DNA of 51,223 bases from a virus (IMGVR_UViG_3300044768_000011:1-51223); one strand, 5' to 3'; numbered from the stretch's first letter, positions 1-6,717 are shown. Notes: a model not told the origin generated them from the letters alone. Translations and numbers: made by a program.

Positions 1-25
1 CGCGGTGAAATTTTGGGGGTGTCGG

Positions 26-96
26 CGTCGTTGGCCGCGCGCACCAGTCACGCGGTGGGCGTGAAAGCCGTTACTGCGGGGGCGCGGCCAACGACG
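26..96. repeat. 15-bp perfect inverted repeat near the genome end
   Basis: cgtcgttggccgcgc (26-40) pairs with gcgcggccaacgacg (82-96); lies downstream of the terminal HNH gene. Confidence 0.8.
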
Positions 97-113
97 TGTT
101 GAGTGTGCCATGT

Positions 114-419
114 TCACCATTCGGGATCGGTGTAAGTGATCGCGATGGGTCCTTGTTTCATTCGTGCGCGTTGTTGTCCTCTCATCTTGTTGCCCTTGAT
201 CGCTCCTGCTCTTCTGTTGCAGTGGACGTGTTCGGGTCCGCGGTAGATGGTGTCGTCGTCGTCGTCGTGGCCGAGGTCCCAGGGTTGTCCGGCGCGGATG
301 AGCCGACGGCAGCGCCAGCAGGTGACACCGCCTGTGGCGACGAGTGGCGCGACGCTGGCTCGGGTGGCCTTGTGGCTGGCGCCGTAGCCGCGTTGCCCGC
401 TGTTGCCTGGTCTAGGCAT
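114..419 (-). CDS. HNH endonuclease, terminal packaging-associated type
   Basis: CWRC...WDLGH...GPEHVHCN motif; last gene of the genome, as in many cos phages. Confidence 0.85.
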   Translation of the reverse strand: MPRPGNSGQRGYGASHKATRASVAPLVATGGVTCWRCRRLIRAGQPWDLGHDDDDDTIYRGPEHVHCNRRAGAIKGNKMRGQQRARMKQGPIAITYTDPEW

Positions 420-422
420 GCT

Positions 423-469
423 GAAGCCCCGACGCTTGGGACCGGGGGGCCTGGTCGCGTCGGGGCTTC
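423..469. repeat. 13-bp inverted repeat immediately upstream of the HNH start
   Basis: gaagccccgacgc ... gcgtcggggcttc. Confidence 0.6.
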
Positions 470-556
470 GCCCACACCTGCGGACCGTTAGCCGGTGAGT
501 GCGCGGGTGGTGGGTTCATGCTCACATGGTCGCTGTTGGGGGGCAAGGAACGCTAG

Positions 557-589
557 AAGTGGTGGAGGGTTGTAGCCTCCACCACTTCA
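557..589. terminator. hairpin, putative terminator
   Basis: gaagtggtggagg-gttgtag-cctccaccacttc just downstream of gene 601..1059. Confidence 0.55.
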
Positions 590-600
590 CTTTCTGGGTG

Positions 601-1059
601 TTACGTCTTAGGTGCTGTCGAACCGGGAGACGGGCGGAACGAGCCGGGAACGATTGATAGGCCTGCATGGGGCGCGGCTGGCCCACCTCTGCCATAAGTG
701 ACCTTCTCCCAACCAGCTCCATTGCGATCGTCCAGATAGAGATGGGGGGTAGCTGGCCCTCCCTCGGCCATCTGACCTCGTACCTGAACAACAGCGATCC
801 GCCGGCCGATCAGATCCCTAGCCCAGTACTTCGGGAACTCCGGAGCATCAGCAACAACAGCCGTGCCCCGGAGGCACGGCGTCTCCTGGAAGTTCCAATA
901 GGTCTTCATGTCGTTCCCCGTTCCCCGTTCCCATGTGAGGGCCGCCTTGTCGATGATCGGCAAGGGGACGTCGCAGAAGCAGATGCCTTCTATTCCGTAC
1001 TCCCGGACGCTGGTTGGTGTGATCGCGCACCGGCGTAACCCGCACCGAGCGCACATCAT
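601..1059 (-). CDS. hypothetical phage protein
   Basis: ATGA overlap with the upstream gene; possible internal start at MKTYWN. Confidence 0.65.
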   Translation of the reverse strand: MMCARCGLRRCAITPTSVREYGIEGICFCDVPLPIIDKAALTWERGTGNDMKTYWNFQETPCLRGTAVVADAPEFPKYWARDLIGRRIAVVQVRGQMAEGGPATPHLYLDDRNGAGWEKVTYGRGGPAAPHAGLSIVPGSFRPSPGSTAPKT

Positions 1060-1292
1060 GGCTCGATGCGGATTGCGGTACTTGCGTTGGGGTCCTGGAT
1101 GTCGAGTTTCGCGAGCTCAGTCGCATCGAATTCACCGGCCTTGACGCCTTGGATGAATGCGTCCCATTCTTCCTTGTTGAATATGAGCATTATTGATGTT
1201 TCCTCGGTGGTGTCTTTTACGTAGAACATTCCGCGGAAGTGTTCTACGTAAACGCATCCGTTGTCGCCACTGTATGAGCTCTTCTTAAGCAT
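1056..1292 (-). CDS. DUF397 family protein
   Basis: KSSYSGDNGCVYV...VKDT...L.F..EEW.AF..GVKAGEFD signature. Confidence 0.85.
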   Translation of the reverse strand: MLKKSSYSGDNGCVYVEHFRGMFYVKDTTEETSIMLIFNKEEWDAFIQGVKAGEFDATELAKLDIQDPNASTAIRIEP

Positions 1293-1300
1293 GGCAGGGC

Positions 1301-1921
1301 TTATTCCATTTCGAGTTCATAGGTGATGCCTTTCCGGTTCTTCGGGAAGTCATCTGTTCCGGTAACGGAGGTGGTGACGGTTTGGTCGCTGTTGATGGTT
1401 TCGATGATCCCATCGGCTGTGGCGATCACGGTGTCGCCTCTGAGCGCAACGATTTTGATGGACACGTATTCGATATCTTCGGTGGCGAGGTTTTTCACGC
1501 GGAGGTCAACGTCCATCCACCCGAACACGTTACGGATCGGCTTGAATGATTTGACCTGGAGGAATTCGGCGTAGTCACCGGACACGGTGACCCCTTTAGG
1601 GGCCTTCGGGATGAGGGCTTCAGCGTCGGCTACCGCGTCGGCGTAGGCGTCTGCGGCGGCTTTCTCTGCGGCCTTCGCGTCCTGGGTGGGCGCCGGGTTC
1701 TGGGTGGCGGTGGAGGCCGGGGCGCCGTATGTGCCGTTGACGACAGGTGGAGTCGGTCCGGCCGGTTCGAGCAGTGCTGACACGGTGACCAGGACAACGA
1801 GTGCGCAGAAGATCCAGACGATGACATGGAGGGCCTTGCGGCGTGGCTTACGGGGCGGTGCTGGAGGGGTCGGGTCGGCGAAGGTGACGTAGGGGGTGTT
1901 CTTCTCGAACATGCTGGACAT
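1301..1921 (-). CDS. single-pass membrane protein with extracellular Ig-like (FxLYD-like) domain
   Basis: start moved to MSSMFEK because the longer ORF overlaps a tRNA-like element; TM helix VIVWIFCALVVLVTVSALL, Pro/Ala linker, beta-rich C-terminus. Confidence 0.7.
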   Translation of the reverse strand: MSSMFEKNTPYVTFADPTPPAPPRKPRRKALHVIVWIFCALVVLVTVSALLEPAGPTPPVVNGTYGAPASTATQNPAPTQDAKAAEKAAADAYADAVADAEALIPKAPKGVTVSGDYAEFLQVKSFKPIRNVFGWMDVDLRVKNLATEDIEYVSIKIVALRGDTVIATADGIIETINSDQTVTTSVTGTDDFPKNRKGITYELEME

Positions 1922-1960
1922 GATGTCTCCCTGGGTTCCTGGTGGTCGTGCTGGTTGTCG

Positions 1961-2036
1961 TGCTGGGAGCGGGACTCGAACCCGCACCTTCATCCGCGTC
2001 TCGGCGGTGACGCTCTGCCTGTTGAGCTACCCCTGC
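1961..2036 (-). ncRNA. tRNA-like element 1 (non-canonical anticodon arm)
   Basis: GCAGGGG-TA-GCTC AACAGGCA GAGC-G-[TCACCGCCGAGACGCGGATGA]-AGGT-GCGGG TTCGAGT CCCGC-TCCCAGC-A; D and T arms canonical, anticodon arm 21 nt with no U33 loop. Confidence 0.8.
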
Positions 2037-2040
2037 TTGG

Positions 2041-2074
2041 TGCCGGAACGGGGTGTCACGCCCCCGTTCCGGCA
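2041..2074. terminator. 13-bp hairpin between gene 2117 and tRNA-like element 1
   Basis: tgccggaacgggg ... ccccgttccggca. Confidence 0.55.
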
Positions 2075-2116
2075 GGTTCGATTGTGCTGGTTACTGCCCG
2101 GTTCTCAGAGTTCGGG

Positions 2117-2374
2117 TTAGGTCGACTTGAGAGCCTGGTTGAGTCCATCCCAGGTCGCTTGGGCGTACTCACGGGTTTCGCCGGCCGGGTGCATGTACCC
2201 GAACGCGAACGCGAGTGCCAGTCGGCGTCGTTCGGGTGAGCCGACGGGTGCGACATCCGCCGCAACTATCTCGATGAGCGCGTCGCGGGCCTGGTCGGCG
2301 TGCTTCTGTAGGTTGGTTCGGTAGTACGGCGCGAGCATTACCCGAAGATCATCAGCGGTTTCGATCTTCCTCAT
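2117..2374 (-). CDS. hypothetical protein lying between the two tRNA-like elements
   Basis: start MRKIETADD with GGAGG RBS upstream. Confidence 0.7.
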   Translation of the reverse strand: MRKIETADDLRVMLAPYYRTNLQKHADQARDALIEIVAADVAPVGSPERRRLALAFAFGYMHPAGETREYAQATWDGLNQALKST

Positions 2375-2418
2375 GATCAGTATTCCTCCATGGTGTCTCC
2401 TAGAAGTCGAGCGGGGAG

Positions 2419-2544
2419 TGGCCCTGGGAGGACTCGAACCTCCATACCGCCCATTCGTCGATCCGGGCGCGCTCCGGATCCTGCCCATTTACCCGTGGCC
2501 ACGGGTAACCAGGCTGGGTGCTCATCCTGTTGAGCTACAGGGCT
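2419..2544 (-). ncRNA. tRNA-like element 2 (126 nt; anticodon region replaced by two hairpins)
   Basis: AGCCCTG/CAGGGCC acceptor, GCTC AACAGGAT GAGC D arm, GGAGG TTCGAGT CCTCC T arm; insert has TTACCCGT-GGCC-ACGGGTAA and GATCCGG...CCGGATC stems. Confidence 0.8.
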
Positions 2545-2571
2545 ATCGGACTAGGTGAAGTTCCTCTCTAT

Positions 2572-2820
2572 CGCAGGGTGGTGGCCTCAGGCGACTCTTG
2601 CGAGGGGTCGCCTGAGGCGTTGATCCCCAGCTGGGTGGTGCCAGCCAGTAGCGGTCGGGTGATGCGTTACCACGGTCCCTCACCCGAGAGGGCCGCGTAT
2701 ATCCCGCTACCAGCTGTCGCCCTGACATCCCGCCATGGTCGGGATGCCAGCACTTGCCCACCTCGTATGCCTACGGGTTGGGCCCTGCGTGCCCCGGTGA
2801 CCGGCGAAAGTCACCGAGGC
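2572..2820 (-). ncRNA. putative large structured non-coding RNA, family unknown
   Basis: nested 7-11 bp stems; G-U pairs and a GCAA tetraloop work on the minus strand; no credible ORF. Confidence 0.65.
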
Positions 2821-2850
2821 TGAAAACTGTTGCTACGACTTGCCGGTTTT
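2821..2850. repeat. 30-bp direct repeat, copy 1
   Basis: tgaaaactgttgctacgacttgccggtttt; 27/30 identical to 3150-3179. Confidence 0.85.
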
Positions 2851-3125
2851 CAGGCAGGGGGTTTTTCGTCGGTCACCTCACTGACGTGCACGAGATGCCC
2901 GTAGTTGCCGATCTTCCCGTAGAGCACTTCGTTGTCGAAGGGCAGACGGGATGATGCATGGCGCATGGCGTATTGCAGGGCGGCGGGGTTCGAGGTTTGC
3001 GAGTCTTCCCAGCTTCGGCCGGTCACTCGATCCCAGTAGTCCTCGACTCGGTAGGGGTAGGTTTCGCCTTCTATGGTGACGGTTACGGTGTGTAGTGCCA
3101 GCGGGTGATGGTCGTTGTGGATCAT
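2850..3125 (-). CDS. hypothetical phage protein flanked by the 30-bp repeats
   Basis: AAGGA RBS; globular-looking 91 aa (EDYWDRV.G.SW...NPAAL.YA.R...VLYGKIG..GHLVH.SE). Confidence 0.8.
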   Translation of the reverse strand: MIHNDHHPLALHTVTVTIEGETYPYRVEDYWDRVTGRSWEDSQTSNPAALQYAMRHASSRLPFDNEVLYGKIGNYGHLVHVSEVTDEKPPA

Positions 3126-3149
3126 GGTGTGTCCTTTTCTTCGGGGGGT

Positions 3150-3179
3150 TGAAAACTGTTGGTACGACGTGCCGATTTT
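3150..3179. repeat. 30-bp direct repeat, copy 2
   Basis: tgaaaactgttggtacgacgtgccgatttt. Confidence 0.85.
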
Positions 3180-3552
3180 AGATCCTCGCTAGCTCTTCGA
3201 TCGGTGTCCCGGCGGCCAGCAGTGTTCCGCGTCCAGCGAGGAACTCCAGCACGGACTCGGGGATGTCGGCGATCGTGTCACGCCGCTGCACGCCGTTCGC
3301 TGACCGGTAGGCGTCCGAACGCCACGTGTGGTCACCTCGCTGGGTCGCGTGGGCGTTGCCGAGTACGGTGAGCGCCGGCCCGTAGCCGCGGACGATGTAG
3401 ATCGTTCCCGCGTGAGTGTTCTCGATCAGGGTTTCGGTGACCTCTGCGACCCGGAACGGCCGCTGGTTCGGGCGCTTGATCACGATCATCACATCCGCGG
3501 GGATCTTCACGGTCCGGACCGTTTCCCTGGTCGCGGTGATTGGGTCGCTCAT
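3178..3552 (-). CDS. hypothetical protein
   Basis: ATGA overlap with the upstream gene. Confidence 0.7.
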   Translation of the reverse strand: MSDPITATRETVRTVKIPADVMIVIKRPNQRPFRVAEVTETLIENTHAGTIYIVRGYGPALTVLGNAHATQRGDHTWRSDAYRSANGVQRRDTIADIPESVLEFLAGRGTLLAAGTPIEELARI

Positions 3553-3779
3553 GATCGGTGGTCCCTTCGGGGTGTCCAGCCCATGGCGTACAGGTCGGTG
3601 TAGTCGATCGATTGGGGTTGCTCGGGTGCGGTGGCCCCCGGGATGCCTCGCTGGTCGTGCCAGGCCCGCGGATGGGTCAGGTATTCGGGGTCGGTGATCC
3701 GGGCGCCGGGGCCGCGGATCAGGGTCACCGTGAACAGGCCGGCGGAGAAGGTGTTGAGTGTGCGCCAGAAACCGGCCAT
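3549..3779 (-). CDS. hypothetical protein
   Basis: TGATG and ATGA coupling on both sides. Confidence 0.6.
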   Translation of the reverse strand: MAGFWRTLNTFSAGLFTVTLIRGPGARITDPEYLTHPRAWHDQRGIPGATAPEQPQSIDYTDLYAMGWTPRRDHRS

Positions 3780-4081
3780 CAGCGGGGCTTGTCGCCGTCG
3801 ACGATCGCGTTTTCCAGGCCCCGGGCGACGGCCTGCACCTCGTCCAGGCTGGTCGCGGTCGAGGCGGTTATCGAGAGGTACCCGTACGCGTACGCGGTCC
3901 GCCCATACGTGGGCTGGTTCATGGCGTGCGCGTACGCGGCACGCTCCGCGCGGATCGCGGGGCCCGATGCCTCCGGTACCGGGATTGTGGGAGTCGCGGC
4001 CGGGTTGCAGTCGCCGGGCTGGAGGGTGACGCCACAGACGTCGCAGGTGGTGGGGGTGGCGATGGGGGCGAAGTACCTCAT
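3779..4081 (-). CDS. hypothetical protein with N-terminal CxxC
   Basis: AAGGAG RBS; first gene behind promoter 4124-4152. Confidence 0.7.
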   Translation of the reverse strand: MRYFAPIATPTTCDVCGVTLQPGDCNPAATPTIPVPEASGPAIRAERAAYAHAMNQPTYGRTAYAYGYLSITASTATSLDEVQAVARGLENAIVDGDKPR

Positions 4082-4123
4082 GATGATCGTGCTCCTTCGG
4101 GAAGCGGATCGGCTACAAGGGCC

Positions 4124-4152
4124 ACACTATACCCGAGTAGGCTCTCTGTCTA
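4124..4152 (-). promoter_or_regulatory. SigA/HrdB-like promoter
   Basis: TAGACA-17 bp-TAGTGT. Confidence 0.65.
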
Positions 4153-4175
4153 TTATCCAGGCTGTCAGATAGGAT
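4147..4175 (+). promoter_or_regulatory. divergent leaderless promoter for the plus-strand HTH gene
   Basis: -10 TAGGAT at 4170-4175, 6 nt before ATG 4182; the -35 position overlaps the opposite promoter's -35. Confidence 0.5.
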
Positions 4176-4181
4176 CTGAGC

Positions 4182-4412
4182 ATGAGACTCGCAGCCGCGG
4201 CCGAAGGACAGACGATCCTCGGCGTCAGCCACGCCCGGTATACCCAACTCGCCCGGACCCCCGGATTCCCGGCACCCGTCGCACGGCTGACCTGCGGGAA
4301 GATCTGGGACGCGGACGAATTGGCCGCGTACGCCAAGACCCGACTCACGGTCGCGAAACCGGCGCGCCGGGCCAGAGGGCAACGGGTGCCAGTGCCGCCG
4401 GTCGAGCAATAG
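4182..4412 (+). CDS. small AlpA/MerR-like HTH DNA-binding protein (only credible plus-strand gene)
   Basis: ILGVSHARYTQL...FPAPVARL..GKIWD..EL pattern; own promoter and terminator. Confidence 0.8.
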   Translation: MRLAAAAEGQTILGVSHARYTQLARTPGFPAPVARLTCGKIWDADELAAYAKTRLTVAKPARRARGQRVPVPPVEQ

Positions 4413-4424
4413 GCCCTTGAGCAA

Positions 4425-4456
4425 CAGAAACCCCCCGCCGCAGCGGGGGGTTTCTG
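4425..4456. terminator. bidirectional intrinsic terminator
   Basis: cagaaaccccccgc-cgca-gcggggggtttctg between convergent genes. Confidence 0.85.
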
Positions 4457-4463
4457 GGTTGGA

Positions 4464-4724
4464 TCATGCCAGCTTGCTTCCGTCCCGGTTGCGGTACCGG
4501 CGCATGAAGTGTGAGCAGTTGTCACAGCAGGCGCGGCCGGTGTGAGCGGGGGAGTCGCACCTCCAGCAATCGTGCAACTTCGCGAGCTCCGCGTCGGTGG
4601 GCTCCTCACAGGCTGCGCACGCCGGGGCGCTCGGGTCGACATCGGCGACGGCCACACCGTGCTCGCACTCGGCGAACTCAACGGCCCCGTCGCAGGTGGT
4701 GTAGGTCTTCCGTGTCGTTGTCAT
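4464..4724 (-). CDS. Cys/His-rich putative zinc-binding protein
   Basis: several CxxC/CxH motifs; leaderless start. Confidence 0.75.
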   Translation of the reverse strand: MTTTRKTYTTCDGAVEFAECEHGVAVADVDPSAPACAACEEPTDAELAKLHDCWRCDSPAHTGRACCDNCSHFMRRYRNRDGSKLA

Positions 4725-4730
4725 ACCTGT

Positions 4731-4759
4731 AGTCTAGTAGCCTACTTGGCTACTGTCTA
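4731..4759 (-). promoter_or_regulatory. leaderless promoter with a palindromic operator in the spacer
   Basis: TAGACA-gtagccaagtaggctac(17)-TAGACT, 6 nt before ATG 4724. Confidence 0.75.
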
Positions 4760-4815
4760 GCCTGAAAGGCGGCGCGCTATAACATTTTTCAAGATTCTTT
4801 ACCTCCCTGAACAGG

Positions 4816-4908
4816 TCACCGCCACATGATCACCGCGGCGTTCACCGCGGTGATCACCCACCCGGCGGCCAGGCCAGCGGCGAGCGGCCACGTGTTCACC
4901 ACGGCCAT
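4816..4908 (-). CDS. 30-aa membrane peptide
   Basis: MAVVNTWPLAAGLAAGWVITAVNAAVIMWR; AAGGA RBS; below the ORF-track cutoff. Confidence 0.55.
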   Translation of the reverse strand: MAVVNTWPLAAGLAAGWVITAVNAAVIMWR

Positions 4909-4912
4909 GACG

Positions 4913-5008
4913 TTATTTCCTTCCGTGGAGGCGGACGATGATGAATGCAAGGCAGACGATGCCCTCACCGGTTGCGATACCCCCGACGATCCATAACAAC
5001 AGGTTCAC
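4913..5008 (-). CDS. 31-aa membrane peptide
   Basis: MNLLLWIVGGIATGEGIVCLAFIIVRLHGRK; GTGA overlap with the upstream gene. Confidence 0.6.
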   Translation of the reverse strand: MNLLLWIVGGIATGEGIVCLAFIIVRLHGRK

Positions 5009-5247
5009 TCGACGCTCACATCATCCGTGTGCAGGACCTCGACCGTCACGCCCCACGGGGCGATGTCGACAAGAACATGGGTGCGGCCTGGGACGTACTC
5101 GTGGACGAGACTGTTCGGGCGAGTTGTGTCGATCATGTCGGTGTGGATTTTCCACCCCACCAGGGTGCCGCTGATCTCATACCCTTCAGCCCGGACAACG
5201 GTGATCCGTTTGAATACTTCGGCGTCACGTAACCATTCGTGGTTCAT
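5005..5247 (-). CDS. hypothetical protein (small beta-barrel-like)
   Basis: start MNHEWL with ATGA overlap. Confidence 0.65.
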   Translation of the reverse strand: MNHEWLRDAEVFKRITVVRAEGYEISGTLVGWKIHTDMIDTTRPNSLVHEYVPGRTHVLVDIAPWGVTVEVLHTDDVSVE

Positions 5248-6236
5248 GGGAGTGTGCTCCATAGTTCCTTGTAAAGGGCCCCCGCCTTGGGGTTTTGGCC
5301 GAACAGCAGATCTGATTTCAGGTACCCGGCGCCCTCGTTGAAATAGGTTTCCATGAGGAGATTCGGGGAGGCCTGGAAGAACTCCCACATCTTCCGGATG
5401 TAGTTCGGGTTGTCGCCTCCGGTATGACCGGCCCACTGGGTACCGGACGAAACCCCCCACTCGGGGACGATCAACGCCACGTCATGGTCGAAGGTCCAGT
5501 CCTGCCAGAAGTTCAGGCCTCCGGGCTGCTCGAAGAGTTTCGCGGTGTTCGCGTCGGAGGTCATCCCCGGCCAGCAGTCGTATTGGTCGGGGCCGGCCGC
5601 GTCGATCTTCCCGTCGACCCACACTTTCCGGATGTCGACCCCCGTCTGGTCGGGACCACCGTTCGGATTGAAACCGATCACCAGGCCGGGGGCCTCAGCC
5701 TTCATCACGTCGTAGCAGCGGGTCCACGCATCCCGCCACGCGCTCAGGTTCGAGGACGTGACCCGGTGAGCCCACCCGGGGAGGTTCATCTCCCACCCGG
5801 GGCAGATCAGGGCGTCCGGGTCGACCGCGGCGGCCTGCCGGGCGATCGTCCGCCACGTCGCGGACCGGTCCTTCTTCAGGTCGGTGTCGTTCTTCGGGAC
5901 CAACGGGATCCGCAACGACAGGCCGGTACCGCCTGGTACGCACGCCGCCCACCAGTTGTTCGTCAGTTTCGCCTCGTCCTGGTTGTGGGTGACGAACGCA
6001 CACACATGCCGCCACCCCTGCCCGGGGCGGCGCATGATGTTCGCGAACCACGCATCAGCGACCGTCTTCTTGTGCTCGGTGAAAGCACCGGTTGACCACG
6101 TGTTGATCGGGTTCGGTGGCGGAGGCGGCGTGTCGGGCCCCGTTTCGGGGAGCCCGGACGCCCATGTCACGAGGATGGTATCGATGGTGTCCCGCAGGAC
6201 GAGAAGGTCAGCGTCGGTGACGATTCGGGTGCTCAT
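5244..6236 (-). CDS. glycoside hydrolase family 26-like protein
   Basis: GWEMN acid/base motif, D.YD, PEWG nucleophile, GGDNP.YI; start MSTRIV. Confidence 0.75.
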   Translation of the reverse strand: MSTRIVTDADLLVLRDTIDTILVTWASGLPETGPDTPPPPPNPINTWSTGAFTEHKKTVADAWFANIMRRPGQGWRHVCAFVTHNQDEAKLTNNWWAACVPGGTGLSLRIPLVPKNDTDLKKDRSATWRTIARQAAAVDPDALICPGWEMNLPGWAHRVTSSNLSAWRDAWTRCYDVMKAEAPGLVIGFNPNGGPDQTGVDIRKVWVDGKIDAAGPDQYDCWPGMTSDANTAKLFEQPGGLNFWQDWTFDHDVALIVPEWGVSSGTQWAGHTGGDNPNYIRKMWEFFQASPNLLMETYFNEGAGYLKSDLLFGQNPKAGALYKELWSTLP

Positions 6237-6544
6237 GGGAGTGCCTTCCTGAATGCGGTCGGGTTCGGAATCTGAGTCCACGTGTACGGGTTCGCGGTGA
6301 GCATCTTTTCGAGGCGGACGCGACGGACGAAACCCTCGTCGCCGTCGGCCCATTTCCTCAGCTGCTCGTACTGCCACCAGGGATCTTCGTTGGGCAGGGT
6401 CTTCACCGTGTACCAGTCGGAATCGGGGATCCGGCTGTTCGGGGTCGTCTGGTACGCGCGCTGATCATGGCGGGGGTCAGCGGACATGTACCGCAGCAGC
6501 GACGACGTTTTCACGCCCTGAAAAACGATCCTGTATGTCGGCAT
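6233..6544 (-). CDS. hypothetical protein
   Basis: start MPTYRIVF; coupled on both sides. Confidence 0.7.
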   Translation of the reverse strand: MPTYRIVFQGVKTSSLLRYMSADPRHDQRAYQTTPNSRIPDSDWYTVKTLPNEDPWWQYEQLRKWADGDEGFVRRVRLEKMLTANPYTWTQIPNPTAFRKALP

Positions 6545-6717
6545 CAGAGGCACGGTCCCATCCGGTCGAGAGTCATCTCTAGTCCTTCCAGCCACCCGTG
6601 CTCACGGACCGCCGACAGACAGAACGCCGAACACGAGGGTATCTGACGGCATTTCGGTGTCCGCCGGGTCAACCATCGGCGGTACACCCAGAGCGCAGTG
6701 AGAGTCACCGCCTGCAT
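6544..6717 (-). CDS. YidD-like (membrane protein insertion efficiency factor-like) protein, 57 aa
   Basis: manual translation MQAVTLTALWVYRRWLTRRTPKCRQIPSCSAFCLSAVREHGWLEGLEMTLDRMGPCL fits the Y...CR..PSCS.....V..HG...G....R...C pattern; TGATG coupling; alternative GTG start at 6708. Confidence 0.7.
   Translation of the reverse strand: MQAVTLTALWVYRRWLTRRTPKCRQIPSCSAFCLSAVREHGWLEGLEMTLDRMGPCL

Noticed and set aside
2419-2820. tmRNA, RNase P RNA or SRP RNA
   Set aside because: No G3:U70 pair or tag ORF, no GAGGAAAGUCC or other RNase P consensus in the right place, and no SRP domain IV motif recognised
2821-3179. Mini-CRISPR array formed by the 30-bp repeats
   Set aside because: The interval is about 300 bp and holds a whole gene, far longer than a spacer; no cas genes
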